This document shows, piece by piece, positions 10,654-20,376 of a DNA stretch of 64,000 nt. Position 1 is the stretch's first letter. Each line of letters begins with the position of its first letter. Origin of the DNA: Polaromonas sp. GTDB lineage: Bacteria; Pseudomonadota; Gammaproteobacteria; Burkholderiales; Burkholderiaceae_C. Made by a program: the position numbers and the translations under genes. The notes beneath the pieces are model-generated. The model had not been told where the DNA came from. It saw only the letters and a list, made by a program, of their open reading frames with translations, and did no database searches. Location: NCBI GenBank assembly GCA_031431335.1, contig JANPDG010000143.1:608-64607 (forward strand), read 5' to 3'.

Positions 10654-11487
10654 TTATGAGTTTGCCAGCGCAGCGATGGTGTCTTCGATGTCGGTTTTAG
10701 GCTTCACAGGCGCTATCACGGGGATGGTCTGCGGCGTAAAAGGTGTGATCGTAGGCACAGGCTTGCCGCCTGCCACTTCGCGCAGCCGGGCGTGCTCGGC
10801 CATTACTTTGGCGGTATAGCCGCCCTCAGTGGCGTCGCTGGTTGCGCCCACATATTGACGCAGACCGCCTTCGATCGAGCCAGCGCGGGCAATACAGTCT
10901 TGCAGCACTTTAACGCCCACGCGCAGGTTAGTGACCGGGTCAAAAGCTGCAAATTTGCCGCCAAAGCCTTCGTATTTATCGCTGTGTATATTAGTCATCA
11001 CCTGCATCAGCCCTTGCGCACCTACGGGGCTCTGGGCAAACGGGTTAAAGCTCGACTCGATGGCCATGATGGCCAAAATGAGGGTTGGCTCGATTTTGGT
11101 TTTAGCACCCACCTCGTAAGCCTCGGCCACTAGGGCAGAGATGGGCTCAGGAGCGACACTGTATTTTTTGCTCAGCCAGTAGGCCACTGCGGCTTGCTGT
11201 TTGGGCAGGTCTTTGGGGTTGGCTGCAGTGGCGCGGTCAATGGCTTCGGGCTCGGCCACGAGTGCCGAGGCATCGGCCACAACCACTGGCTGGCGAGCCT
11301 GTAGCCAGCCCATCAAGGCTGCCTCGCTCTGCAAGCGAAGCTCAGGTTTGGCCACCATCGTCAAAGCCAAGAACGCCAATACCAAGCCCACCATGGCCAA
11401 GCCATTGTGCGCAATCTCAAAAAATCCTTGTGCCACATCGCCTGCGAAAGTTCGCACGCCCTGGCCAAAACGCTTAATCACTGTCAT
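10654..11487 (-). CDS. Lytic transglycosylase (SLT) domain protein
   Basis: AIMAIESSFNPFAQSPVGAQGLMQVM catalytic SLT motif and an N-terminal TM segment. ATG at 11487 (MTVIKRFGQGV) has a GAAAGG RBS. The track ORF extends to 11634. Confidence 0.85.
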   Translation of the reverse strand: MTVIKRFGQGVRTFAGDVAQGFFEIAHNGLAMVGLVLAFLALTMVAKPELRLQSEAALMGWLQARQPVVVADASALVAEPEAIDRATAANPKDLPKQQAAVAYWLSKKYSVAPEPISALVAEAYEVGAKTKIEPTLILAIMAIESSFNPFAQSPVGAQGLMQVMTNIHSDKYEGFGGKFAAFDPVTNLRVGVKVLQDCIARAGSIEGGLRQYVGATSDATEGGYTAKVMAEHARLREVAGGKPVPTITPFTPQTIPVIAPVKPKTDIEDTIAALANS

Positions 11488-11911
11488 ATCACGCCTTTCT
11501 ACGCGGGGGCAAACTTCACATGACTGCAGCTTGTTAGCTGTGCAGCCAAATGATGTGCCCCTCGTTTGGATTGGAAACACTGGTATCGCGGACTGCACAT
11601 ATATAGTATGTGTGCAAGGCAGTCTCATCGACACCCTACCGAACTTGGTAGCAGAACGGGCCGTTGGCTCTAAGGGGAGCCAAGGGTTAGCCCGTGGTTT
11701 TTGATTACAGGCAAATTGTAGGGGCCTTGCTCATACACGGTCAAGCATTTGGTATCTATTTGATATATCAAATTAGGCATTAAAACCCGTTGGACGTGGT
11801 GTTTTGCACGGTTTTGAGCGTTTAAAGCTCTAAAACGGCTGACTTAGAGACTAATGCTTAAACCGGGTGACTGCGGTTTGGGCGGGTTGTTTTGCCGGGT
11901 TGTGTGACATT

Positions 11912-11978
11912 TAGTATGAAAATAATAGCAAACTATTGAATATCTACGTCGGAAAAGTGCTCATTTTTCTTCCAAAAG
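11912..11978 (-). repeat. AT-rich ~65-bp interspersed repeat, copy B
   Basis: Minus strand: TTTTGGAAGAAAAATGAGCACTTTTCCGACGTAGATATTCAATAGTTTGCTATTATTTTCATACTA. Confidence 0.9.
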
Positions 11979-12099
11979 CGTGATTGATGAGATGAAACGG
12001 GCTGTTGAGCTGACTAAGTGGTTTCCGGTGGGATTCATTAATCAGGCTTTTGTGGCCTTGGGGTGAGTTTCGTTTGGCTTGGCTTGATTGTGTGGCTTT

Positions 12100-12173
12100 G
12101 GTGAGATGGCGTATGCAAATCGCCCTCACACTGGGGTACCAGAGATCGGTCAATTTGCATACGCCATCTCACC
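12100..12173. repeat. Perfect 21-bp inverted repeat (hairpin, 32-nt loop)
   Basis: GGTGAGATGGCGTATGCAAAT (12100-12120) is exactly complementary to ATTTGCATACGCCATCTCACC (12153-12173). Confidence 0.95.
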
Positions 12174-12256
12174 TGCGACCACCTAGGCGCGCTGCCCGTA
12201 GCTTCGTCAAAGACTACGTGTTCAATACCGGCAGCGCTCTACATTAATCAGATCAA

Positions 12257-12324
12257 GTGTGTGGGTGTCCCTCTCGCCGGGTGTAAGGGTACTCCCGTGC
12301 CAGGCGAGAGGGACACCCACACAC
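12257..12324. repeat. Perfect 22-bp inverted repeat (hairpin, 24-nt loop)
   Basis: GTGTGTGGGTGTCCCTCTCGCC (12257-12278) is exactly complementary to GGCGAGAGGGACACCCACACAC (12303-12324). Confidence 0.95.
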
Positions 12325-12493
12325 GCAGAGACAAAGCCAGCGAATACAAGGAAAATCAGCCACTCAAGCAAATCAAAGTCTTCAGGTAAATGGCAGATAA
12401 CTGACGGAAAATCCCGCCAAACTGGCCTGCAAGTCATTTTGGTTACTTCTTCGCAGTATCATTAGCAAATTAGCATCACCAGGCACCCAATTC

Positions 12494-13756
12494 ATGGCCG
12501 ACCGTAAAGGCTCTCCGAGCGAAAAAACACTGCATTGCTCCTTTTGCGGCAAAAGCCAGCACGAGGTCAAAAAACTGATCGCTGGTCCGTCAGTGTTTAT
12601 CTGTGACGAATGCATCGACCTGTGCAACGACATCATCCGCGATGAAGTGCTGCCAGAGTCAGAGCGCGAAGCGCGCGGCGACCTGCCCACGCCGCTGGAG
12701 ATTAAAAACAACCTCGACAGCTACGTCATTGGCCAAGACCCGGCCAAACGCGCGCTGGCCGTGGCCGTGTACAACCACTACAAGCGCCTGCGCTACAAAG
12801 ACAAGTCCAAAACAGGCGAGGTCGAGCTGACCAAAAGCAATATTTTGCTTATCGGCCCCACTGGCTCGGGCAAGACCCTGCTGGCCCAAACCATGGCCCG
12901 CATGCTCAATGTGCCGTTTGTCATGGCAGACGCCACCACGCTCACTGAAGCAGGCTACGTGGGCGAAGACGTTGAAAACATCATCTCCAAGCTGCTGCAA
13001 ACCTGCAACTACGACGTCGAAAAAGCCCAGCAAGGCATTGTGTATATTGACGAAATCGACAAAATCTCGCGCAAGTCTGACAACCCGTCCATCACCCGCG
13101 ATGTATCGGGCGAGGGCGTGCAACAGGCGTTGCTCAAGATCATCGAAGGCACCATGGCCAGCGTGCCGCCCCAAGGCGGGCGCAAGCACCCCAACCAAGA
13201 CTTTTTGCAGATCGACACGACCAATATTTTGTTTATCTGCGGCGGCGCATTTGCGGGGCTAGAAAAGGTCATCGAAGCGCGCACCGAAGCCTCGGGCATC
13301 GGGTTTGGCGCAACCGTCAAGAGCAAAAAACAGCGCTCTTTAAGCCAGAGCTTTTTAGAGATCGAGCCAGAAGACTTGATCAAATATGGCCTGATTCCTG
13401 AGCTGATTGGCCGCATGCCCGTAGTGGCGGCGCTGTCTGAGCTGTCTGAGGATGCAATGGTACAGATTTTGACCGAGCCTAAAAACGCGCTGGTTAAGCA
13501 ATACGCCAAGCTGCTGGCTATGGAAGGCGCTGAGCTGGAAGTGCGCCCCAGCGCGCTCAAAGCCATTGCGCGCAAGGCGCTGGTGCGCAAGACTGGTGCC
13601 CGCGGCCTGCGTTCGATCCTAGAAAACGCGCTGATCGACACCATGTTTGACCTGCCCAATGCGGGCAATGTTGAAAAAGTGGTGCTGGATGAGTCCACCA
13701 TTGACGAAAACAAACCGCCGCTCTTGGTGTACCGCGAAACAGCCAAAAAGGCGTGA
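12494..13756 (+). CDS. clpX: ATP-dependent Clp protease ATP-binding subunit ClpX
   Basis: Zinc-binding [30 protein letters not shown], Walker A GPTGSGKT, 420 aa. Confidence 0.98.
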   Translation: MADRKGSPSEKTLHCSFCGKSQHEVKKLIAGPSVFICDECIDLCNDIIRDEVLPESEREARGDLPTPLEIKNNLDSYVIGQDPAKRALAVAVYNHYKRLRYKDKSKTGEVELTKSNILLIGPTGSGKTLLAQTMARMLNVPFVMADATTLTEAGYVGEDVENIISKLLQTCNYDVEKAQQGIVYIDEIDKISRKSDNPSITRDVSGEGVQQALLKIIEGTMASVPPQGGRKHPNQDFLQIDTTNILFICGGAFAGLEKVIEARTEASGIGFGATVKSKKQRSLSQSFLEIEPEDLIKYGLIPELIGRMPVVAALSELSEDAMVQILTEPKNALVKQYAKLLAMEGAELEVRPSALKAIARKALVRKTGARGLRSILENALIDTMFDLPNAGNVEKVVLDESTIDENKPPLLVYRETAKKA

Positions 13757-13816
13757 AATTGACCCGCGTGAACATGCCTGGCCCGAACACCTGATCACGG
13801 CTGAAACATCTGGGGG

Positions 13817-13845
13817 CTTGAAATCTTCGAACTTTGCCCTGATAT
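13817..13845 (+). promoter_or_regulatory. Probable sigma-32 (RpoH) heat-shock promoter of lon
   Basis: CTTGAAA-N13-CCCTGATAT lies about 35 nt upstream of the lon ATG. Resembles the CTTGAAA-N13/14-CCCCATnT consensus. Confidence 0.5.
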
Positions 13846-13880
13846 TTCGCTCTACAACCCATAAAAGCTGAAAGACAACC

Positions 13881-16322
13881 ATGTCAGGCAACACCACCCT
13901 ACCGTCCGAGCCGATTGACCTGCCGCTGCTGCCGCTGCGTGATGTGGTGGTCTTTCCGCACATGGTCATTCCGCTATTTGTGGGCCGCGCCAAGAGCATC
14001 AAGGCGCTAGAGTCGGCCATGGAGTCTGAGCGGCGCATTATGTTGGTGGCGCAAAAGGCGGCCGCCAAAGACGAGCCAGCGGTCGAAGACATGTTTGCGG
14101 TGGGCTGCGTGTCCACCATTTTGCAAATGCTCAAGTTGCCTGACGGTACCGTAAAGGTGTTGGTAGAAGGCCAGCAGCGCGCCATAGTCAACCAAATTAC
14201 CGATGGTGAGGTGCACTTTAGCGCCAATGTGACGCCCATCGTGCCCGAAGAGCTGACCGAGCCGCGCACCAATGACATTGAGGCGCTGCGCCGCGCAGTG
14301 ATTGGCCAGTTTGACCAGTATGTCAAATTAAATAAAAAAATCCCCCCCGAGATTTTGACCTCTATCTCCAGCATCGACGACGCGGGCCGCTTGGCCGACA
14401 CCATCGCCGCGCATGTGCCGCTCAAGCTGGACAGCAAACAAGCTGTGCTCGATTTGTCAGATGTGAAGGCGCGGCTAGAAAACGTGTACGAGCAGATTGA
14501 GCGCGAAGTTGATATTTTGAATGTCGACAAAAAAATCCGTGGCCGCGTGAAGCGCCAGATGGAAAAAAACCAGCGCGACTTTTATTTGAATGAGCAAGTT
14601 AAAGCGATTCAAAAAGAACTCGGCGACGGCGAAGAGGGTGCAGACATTGAAGAGCTCGACAAAAAGATCAAGCTCGCCAAAATGCCCAAAGACGCGCTTA
14701 AAAAAGCCGAGAGCGAACTCAAAAAGCTCAAGCTCATGTCGCCCATGTCGGCCGAGGCCAGCGTGGTGCGCAACTATATTGAAGTGCTGATCAACCTGCC
14801 GTGGTCTAAAAAGACCAAGATCAAACACAACCTGGGTCACGCCGAAGAGGTGCTCAATGCCGACCACTTTGGACTGGAAAAAGTCAAAGACCGCATTTTG
14901 GAATATCTCGCAGTGCAGCAGCGCGTGGACAAAGTCAAAGCGCCGATTTTGTGCCTCGTAGGCCCGCCAGGTGTGGGCAAGACCTCGTTGGGTCAGTCGA
15001 TAGCCAAAGCCACGGGCCGCAAGTATGTGCGCATGGCGCTGGGCGGCATGCGTGACGAGGCCGAGATTCGCGGGCACCGCCGCACTTACATTGGCGCGCT
15101 GCCAGGCAAGGTGCTGCAAAGCCTGACCAAGGTGGCCACACGGAACCCGCTGTTCTTGCTTGACGAGATCGACAAGCTGGGCACCGAGTACCGTGGTGAC
15201 CCATCAAGCGCGCTGCTCGAGGTGCTAGACCCCGAGCAAAACCACACTTTCAGCGACCATTATGTGGACGTTGACTTTGACCTGAGCGATGTGATGTTTG
15301 TGGCGACCAGCAACTCGATGAACATTCCGCCTGCGCTCTTAGACCGCATGGAAGTGATTCGCCTGTCGGGTTATACCGAAGACGAAAAAACCAGTATTGC
15401 AATGCGCTACCTCTCGCCCAAACAGCTAGAGAACAACGGCGTGAAAGACACCGAGCTGGAGATCACCGAATCGGCTGTGCGCGACATCGTGCGCTACTAC
15501 ACCCGCGAGGCGGGCGTGCGCTCGCTCGAGCGCGAGCTGTCTAAGATTTGCCGCAAAGTGGTCAAGGGTTTGCAGCTCAAGACCTACACCAGCAAAGTGG
15601 TGGTCAAGGCGGAGAATTTGAACGACTTTTTAGGGGTGCAAAAATTCACCTACGGCCGCGCCGAAAAAGACAACCAAGTAGGCCAAGTGGTCGGCTTGGC
15701 GTGGACCGAAGTGGGCGGCGATTTGCTAACCATTGAAGCTGCGCTCATGCCCGGTAAGGGCGTGATTACGCGCACCGGTTCGCTGGGCGATGTGATGAAA
15801 GAGTCGGTCGAGGCCGCGCGCACTGTGGTGCGCTCGCGCGCGCGCCGCTTGGGCATCAAAGACGAAGCGTTTGAAAAGAAAGACCTGCACATTCACGTGC
15901 CTGACGGCGCAACACCCAAAGACGGGCCGAGCGCAGGCGCAGCCATGACGACTGCATTTGTCTCAGCGCTCACCGGTATTCCTGTGCGCGCTGATGTGGC
16001 CATGACGGGCGAGATCACGCTGCGCGGCGAAGTTACCGGTATTGGTGGCCTGAAAGAAAAGCTGCTTGCAGCCTTGCGCGGCGGTATTAAAACCGTGCTG
16101 ATCCCTGAAGAGAACGCTAAAGACTTGCAAGATATTCCAGAAAATGTGAAAAATGGTTTGGAAATCGTGCCCGTGAAATGGATCGACCAAGTGCTGGCGA
16201 TTGCGCTAGAGCGTATGCCAGCAGCGTTGCCGGATGAAGAGCCGATAGCTGCTGCAGTAGCGGTTGCTGTAGAGGCTGCAAAAATTTCTGCAACTGAATC
16301 TTCTGCCTCTGTAAAACACTAA
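13881..16322 (+). CDS. lon: Endopeptidase La (Lon protease)
   Basis: 813 aa. Walker [10 protein letters not shown] and catalytic PKDGPSAG. Follows clpX. Confidence 0.98.
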   Translation: MSGNTTLPSEPIDLPLLPLRDVVVFPHMVIPLFVGRAKSIKALESAMESERRIMLVAQKAAAKDEPAVEDMFAVGCVSTILQMLKLPDGTVKVLVEGQQRAIVNQITDGEVHFSANVTPIVPEELTEPRTNDIEALRRAVIGQFDQYVKLNKKIPPEILTSISSIDDAGRLADTIAAHVPLKLDSKQAVLDLSDVKARLENVYEQIEREVDILNVDKKIRGRVKRQMEKNQRDFYLNEQVKAIQKELGDGEEGADIEELDKKIKLAKMPKDALKKAESELKKLKLMSPMSAEASVVRNYIEVLINLPWSKKTKIKHNLGHAEEVLNADHFGLEKVKDRILEYLAVQQRVDKVKAPILCLVGPPGVGKTSLGQSIAKATGRKYVRMALGGMRDEAEIRGHRRTYIGALPGKVLQSLTKVATRNPLFLLDEIDKLGTEYRGDPSSALLEVLDPEQNHTFSDHYVDVDFDLSDVMFVATSNSMNIPPALLDRMEVIRLSGYTEDEKTSIAMRYLSPKQLENNGVKDTELEITESAVRDIVRYYTREAGVRSLERELSKICRKVVKGLQLKTYTSKVVVKAENLNDFLGVQKFTYGRAEKDNQVGQVVGLAWTEVGGDLLTIEAALMPGKGVITRTGSLGDVMKESVEAARTVVRSRARRLGIKDEAFEKKDLHIHVPDGATPKDGPSAGAAMTTAFVSALTGIPVRADVAMTGEITLRGEVTGIGGLKEKLLAALRGGIKTVLIPEENAKDLQDIPENVKNGLEIVPVKWIDQVLAIALERMPAALPDEEPIAAAVAVAVEAAKISATESSASVKH

Positions 16323-16350
16323 AAAGTTCTGCTACAATCGTAGCTTCGAT

Positions 16351-16426
16351 GCGGGAATAGCTCAGTTGGTAGAGCGCAACCTTGCCAAGGTTGAGGTCGA
16401 GAGTTCGAGACTCTTTTCCCGCTCCA
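16351..16426 (+). tRNA. tRNA-Gly (anticodon GCC)
   Basis: GCGGGAA acceptor pairs with TTCCCGC. Anticodon loop TTGCCAA, GTTCGAGAC T-loop, CCA end. 76 nt. Confidence 0.95.
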
Positions 16427-16439
16427 CATCGCTAAAAAA

Positions 16440-16464
16440 GGGAAGCAACAGCTTCCCTTTTTTT
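16440..16464 (+). terminator. Rho-independent terminator after tRNA-Gly
   Basis: GGGAAGC-AACA-GCTTCCC followed by TTTTTTT. Confidence 0.8.
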
Positions 16465-16541
16465 CTCTGGTTTTTATGTCAAGCAACTTTGGCAAGTTGA
16501 ACCAGCAGGCTTTTACGAGTTTGCTGGAGGTTAAGTTAAGT

Positions 16542-16615
16542 GGCGCGGTAGCAAAGCGGTTATGCCCCGGATTGCAAATCCGGTTAGCCCAGTTCGACTC
16601 TGGGCCGCGCCTCCA
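16542..16615 (+). tRNA. tRNA-Cys (anticodon GCA)
   Basis: GGCGCGG/CCGCGCC acceptor, anticodon loop TTGCAAA, GTTCGACTC T-loop, CCA end. 74 nt. Confidence 0.95.
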
Positions 16616-16665
16616 GTTTGAGTATGCTTCGCAAGCCACCTTGCGCGGTACGAGTAGTCCTAGTA

Positions 16666-16758
16666 GCCTGAGTGGTGGAATTGGTAGACACAGCGGACTT
16701 AAAATCCGCCGCTTCGTTCATAGCGGGCGTACCGGTTCGATTCCGGTCTCAGGCACCA
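16666..16758 (+). tRNA. tRNA-Leu (anticodon UAA), long variable arm
   Basis: GCCTGAG/CTCAGGC acceptor, anticodon stem GCGGA/TCCGC with loop CTTAAAA, variable arm CGCT-TCGTTCAT-AGCG, GGTTCGATTCC T-arm, ACCA end. 93 nt by my count. Confidence 0.85.
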
Positions 16759-16811
16759 CAAAAATCCTTATAGCCTCTTGCACTTGTTTGCAGTGGTACT
16801 ACACTCTACTT

Positions 16812-17444
16812 ATGTCATCGAATTCCCAGCCCTATGAAATCCACGTGCATGGCGATGTGCCCGTGCGTGACGACGTGACCTTTGCGCAGCTTGAAGAGGC
16901 GCTCAAACCTCTGTGGTCCTATGCGGGTGCCAAATCGCTGGTGCGCGGCGCGGTTAGCTCTTATGAAGAAGAGCCGGGCTTGCGTTTTGACGCCAAAGAG
17001 CATGTGCTGCACATGTGCTGGACTGTGCCTGCCGATGAAGATATTCGCCAAGCCCTAGAAGAGATGTGCATGGGTCTCAACGAGCTGGCCTCTGCAGGCG
17101 CAGCCATCGAAATCAGCATTTACGACACCGAGTTTGACGAAGACGATGAAGATGAGGACGACGAAGCCGAGTCACGCGATGACTTCTTGATGTTATTTGT
17201 CGGCCCAACACCGGGCGACATCATGCAGGTGCAGCGCGACATGCTGGTAGAAGACGTGATGGCCGTAGTGGAGCGGCACTTTGACCGCGCCGAGATGCAG
17301 GGCATCGTGACGGAGGTGGACAAGCTGTTCGCCCAGCGCTTTGACAAGCTGGTCAGCTCACTGCAAGTGGGCCGCCCGCCGCGCGGTTCAGGCGGCAATG
17401 GGCCAGGCAGCCACGGCGGCCGCAAGCCTCGGCATCTGCACTAA
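16812..17444 (+). CDS. Hypothetical acidic protein (Asp/Glu run, Gly/Arg-rich C-terminus)
   Basis: ATG at 16812 (MSSNSQPYEIHVHGD...). The track ORF from 16476 overlaps tRNA-Cys and tRNA-Leu, so its N-terminal part is spurious. No motif I recognise. Confidence 0.6.
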   Translation: MSSNSQPYEIHVHGDVPVRDDVTFAQLEEALKPLWSYAGAKSLVRGAVSSYEEEPGLRFDAKEHVLHMCWTVPADEDIRQALEEMCMGLNELASAGAAIEISIYDTEFDEDDEDEDDEAESRDDFLMLFVGPTPGDIMQVQRDMLVEDVMAVVERHFDRAEMQGIVTEVDKLFAQRFDKLVSSLQVGRPPRGSGGNGPGSHGGRKPRHLH

Positions 17445-18013
17445 TAAAAACAATCGGGGCACAGGCCTCGGTAGCGGGCGTTGCCACCAATGAGCACCTG
17501 CTCGCCTTCACGGATGCGCTCGCCGTCGTCGTTAAAGCGGGCGTTCATGCTGGCTTTTTTGCCGCATTCACAAATGGTTTTCATCTCTTCAATATCATCT
17601 GCTAGTACCAACAAGGTAGCGGCTCCGGCAAAGGCTTTGCCCTGAAAGTCGCTGCGCAGGCCGTAGCACATGACTGGTGTGTTGTGCGTGTGCGCCCAGC
17701 GGTGCAGCTCTTCGACTTGGGGCACTGTTAAAAACTGTGCTTCGTCTATCAGCACACAGGCCAGTTTGGATATCCACTTGGCTTGCTGTGCATGGGCGAT
17801 ACGCTCGGCCATGCTATGGCTTGGGTTGAATGTGACTGCTTCGCGGCTCAGGCCTAGGCGCGAGGCGATCATGCCGGTGCCGCCTCGGTTGTCCAGCTCA
17901 GCCGTGAGCAGCACCACGGCCATGCCGCGCTCTTCGTAGTTGTAGGCGGCTTGCAAGAGCGAGGTGGATTTGCCGGCGTTCATCGCGGCATAGCGGAAAT
18001 ACAGTTTGGCCAT
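17441..18013 (-). CDS. tdk: Thymidine kinase
   Basis: MAKLYFRYAAMNAGKSTSLLQAAYNYEERG P-loop and C-terminal CECGKKA...CPDC zinc site. 190 aa. Confidence 0.95.
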   Translation of the reverse strand: MAKLYFRYAAMNAGKSTSLLQAAYNYEERGMAVVLLTAELDNRGGTGMIASRLGLSREAVTFNPSHSMAERIAHAQQAKWISKLACVLIDEAQFLTVPQVEELHRWAHTHNTPVMCYGLRSDFQGKAFAGAATLLVLADDIEEMKTICECGKKASMNARFNDDGERIREGEQVLIGGNARYRGLCPDCFY

Positions 18014-18080
18014 GGCGTTTTATCTTCTAGACCTTGAGCTTACCGCACATAATGAGGCTTCACCTTGAGGAGCTTCCCCG

Positions 18081-19379
18081 ATGGCCATATTCAATCAAGA
18101 TGCTTTAAACCCCGGCGTGCGAAAGCGCGAGGTATTTGGTTGGGCAATGTACGATTTTGCCAACTCTGGCTACATCACGGTGGTTATTACCGCTGTCTTC
18201 GCGGCTTACTTTGTGGGCGGTATTGCCAAAGGTGCTGAATGGGCCACCTTTGCCTGGACGCTGGCGCTGAGTATCTCGTATGCCATCGTCATGCTGACCA
18301 TGCCCAGCCTGGGCGCGTATGCAGATGCCCACGCGGCCAAAAAGAAGCTGTTGATGCTGTCAACAGGGCTGTGCGTGGTGTCCACAGCGGCGCTGGCTTT
18401 TGCGGGGCCGGGTAGTGTTGCGCTGGCGTTTGTATTGATCGTGGTGTCCAACACGTTTTACAGCTACGGCGAGTCGCTCACGGCATCGTTTTTGCCCGAG
18501 CTGGCACGGCCCGAGGGCATGGGCAAGGTGAGCGGTTGGGGCTGGAGCTTTGGCTACTTTGGCGGCATGCTGGCGCTGGGAATTTGCCTAGGCTATGCGA
18601 TCTGGGCAGGCCAGCGCGGCATCAGCGCCGACAGCTTTGTACCCGTGACCATGCTGATCACGGCTGCACTGTATGGCGGCGCAGCGCTGGTGACGTTTAA
18701 GCTGCTCAAAGAGCGCGCAGTGCCTAGGCCGTTGGCGCAGGGTGCGGGCGGATTTAAGGCCTCTTTGGTGCAACTGCAAGCCACCTTTCACCAAGCCAAG
18801 CGTTACCAAGACTTTATGTGGCTGCTGGTGTGCGCGGTGTTTTACCAAGGTGGTGTGGCGGTGGCCATTACTTTGGCTGCAATTTACGCTGAGCAGGTGA
18901 TAGGGTTTAAACAGCAAGAGACGATGGTGCTGATCTTTGTGCTCAACTTGGCTGCTGCGGGCGGTGCGTTTGCTTGCGGCTATGTGCAAGACCGTTTGGG
19001 TCATAAGCTGGCGCTGGGTATCACGCTGGTAGGCTGGGGCGCTACCTGTGTGATTGCGGCGCTGACCACCACCAAGGGCGGGTTTTGGTATGCCGCCGCG
19101 CTGGCCGGCTTGTGCATGGGCAGCAGCCAATCTGCAGGCCGCGCGATGGCGGCCATGCTGTCGCCGCCTGCGCAATCGGGCGAGTTTTTTGGTTTGTGGA
19201 CGTTTGCAACCCGCTTGGCCAGCATCATCGGGCCGCTGACTTACGGCGCTATCACCTGGGCCACAGGCGGCGACCAGCGTGTGGCGATTGGTTCGACAGC
19301 CGTGCTGTTTGTGGTGGGGCTGGCAGTTCTGCAAAAGGTGGACATGGCGCGTGGGCGCGCAGCCACCCAGGCTATTTAG
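18081..19379 (+). CDS. MFS transporter (UMF1/Atg22-like family)
   Basis: 432 aa with about 12 predicted hydrophobic segments. N-terminus FGWAMYDFANSGYITVV is typical of this MFS family. Confidence 0.8.
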   Translation: MAIFNQDALNPGVRKREVFGWAMYDFANSGYITVVITAVFAAYFVGGIAKGAEWATFAWTLALSISYAIVMLTMPSLGAYADAHAAKKKLLMLSTGLCVVSTAALAFAGPGSVALAFVLIVVSNTFYSYGESLTASFLPELARPEGMGKVSGWGWSFGYFGGMLALGICLGYAIWAGQRGISADSFVPVTMLITAALYGGAALVTFKLLKERAVPRPLAQGAGGFKASLVQLQATFHQAKRYQDFMWLLVCAVFYQGGVAVAITLAAIYAEQVIGFKQQETMVLIFVLNLAAAGGAFACGYVQDRLGHKLALGITLVGWGATCVIAALTTTKGGFWYAAALAGLCMGSSQSAGRAMAAMLSPPAQSGEFFGLWTFATRLASIIGPLTYGAITWATGGDQRVAIGSTAVLFVVGLAVLQKVDMARGRAATQAI

Positions 19380-20172
19380 AGGCGAGTGACACCGGGCCGT
19401 AATACGCTTTGGCTTGGCTGCGCGTGTTGTCGGTGTCGGTCATCAGCGCTATGCCCAGCAACGCGCCCGGAGCCTCACCAAAGGCGCGCTCAAAGTCGGC
19501 TTTGATGTCGCGCTCGTAGTCCAGCCATTGGTTTAAATTTTTAGTGCCCGACTCGATCACGATTTTGCGAATGCGGTCGGTGCGGGCGTTGTGCACTATG
19601 GTGCCGGGTGCGCGCTTTTTGCTCCACACATACATCAGCGTTGCGTAGGGCAGCTCTTCGCCAGTGATGGCTCGGCTGAGCTCAGAGAGAATGGCGTTTT
19701 TGGCTGAAAATTGCGACCGGTCGCCTTCAAATGCCAGCACGATGCGCACGGGTGCGTCGTCGCGCTCGCGCAGAGCCAGGTCAGCTTCTTCGATCAGCCC
19801 AGGCACCTTCCACGAAAAGCGCACCTGCTGCAACTCGCTGGCCGGAATGCGCAGGTTTTGGCGCAGCATGCTGGCGGACGCGCTGGCCACTGCCAGCATG
19901 GCGTTGCGGCCGTCCATGCTGACGGGGCTGAATATGGTGGGCTGCTTGCCGGGCAGGCGGTAGGTTTGCCAGCTTTTATTGTCAGTCCAGACAAACTTTT
20001 GGGTCGCAGAGCCAGACTCACCCGCGCTGGCCGAGTCTGTGTCAGGCGCTACAGTGGCGCAGCCCGTGGCCATGAGCAACGCGCACATCGCTGCGCAAGC
20101 GCGCATGTCCGCAGAAAGCCCCCGGCGATAGGGGTGCAGTGATGGGGCGGCAGTAGCGGTGAAGCGGGACAT
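19372..20172 (-). CDS. DUF3047 domain-containing secreted/lipoprotein-like protein
   Basis: Signal/lipobox-like N-terminus (LLMATGCA). Body resembles the DUF3047 family (RFSWKV...DDAPVRIVLAFEGD). Confidence 0.6.
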   Translation of the reverse strand: MSRFTATAAPSLHPYRRGLSADMRACAAMCALLMATGCATVAPDTDSASAGESGSATQKFVWTDNKSWQTYRLPGKQPTIFSPVSMDGRNAMLAVASASASMLRQNLRIPASELQQVRFSWKVPGLIEEADLALRERDDAPVRIVLAFEGDRSQFSAKNAILSELSRAITGEELPYATLMYVWSKKRAPGTIVHNARTDRIRKIVIESGTKNLNQWLDYERDIKADFERAFGEAPGALLGIALMTDTDNTRSQAKAYYGPVSLASK

Positions 20173-20376
20173 GAGATTTCACTGAAACGGGTTTTAAGGG
20201 TACGAGGCAAATACAGCGAACCGTGACTTATGTTACGTATATTGCTTTTACGTAAAATAATGTATTTTAGATGCATGACAGCACGGTGATTGGGTGATTA
20301 ACCCTAGGCAAGACGTAACAAGTCTGCCTTGCAGGCTTTGCATGTGCCCAGGCGCTGTGGTCTTGCCGCAGCTCAG

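Noticed and set aside
12100-12324. Retron msr/msd, CRISPR, or integron attC interpretation of the long hairpins
   Set aside because: No reverse transcriptase, cas genes or integrase are nearby. There is no repeat-spacer periodicity. The arms lack the attC R/L box pattern (RYYYAAC...GTTRRRY).
11944-12465. Four 65-71 aa ORFs in the gap upstream of clpX
   Set aside because: Their sequences are dictated by the perfect palindromes, since both strands read open. They have no RBS and implausible composition.
16476-16811. N-terminal third of track ORF 16476..17444
   Set aside because: It runs straight through tRNA-Cys and tRNA-Leu. The coding region is trimmed to the ATG at 16812.
20232-20256. GTTACGTAT and the perfect 10-bp palindrome TTTACGTAAA upstream of the DUF3047 gene
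   Set aside because: They are short AT-rich palindromes in an AT-rich spacer, which is not statistically compelling without comparative data.
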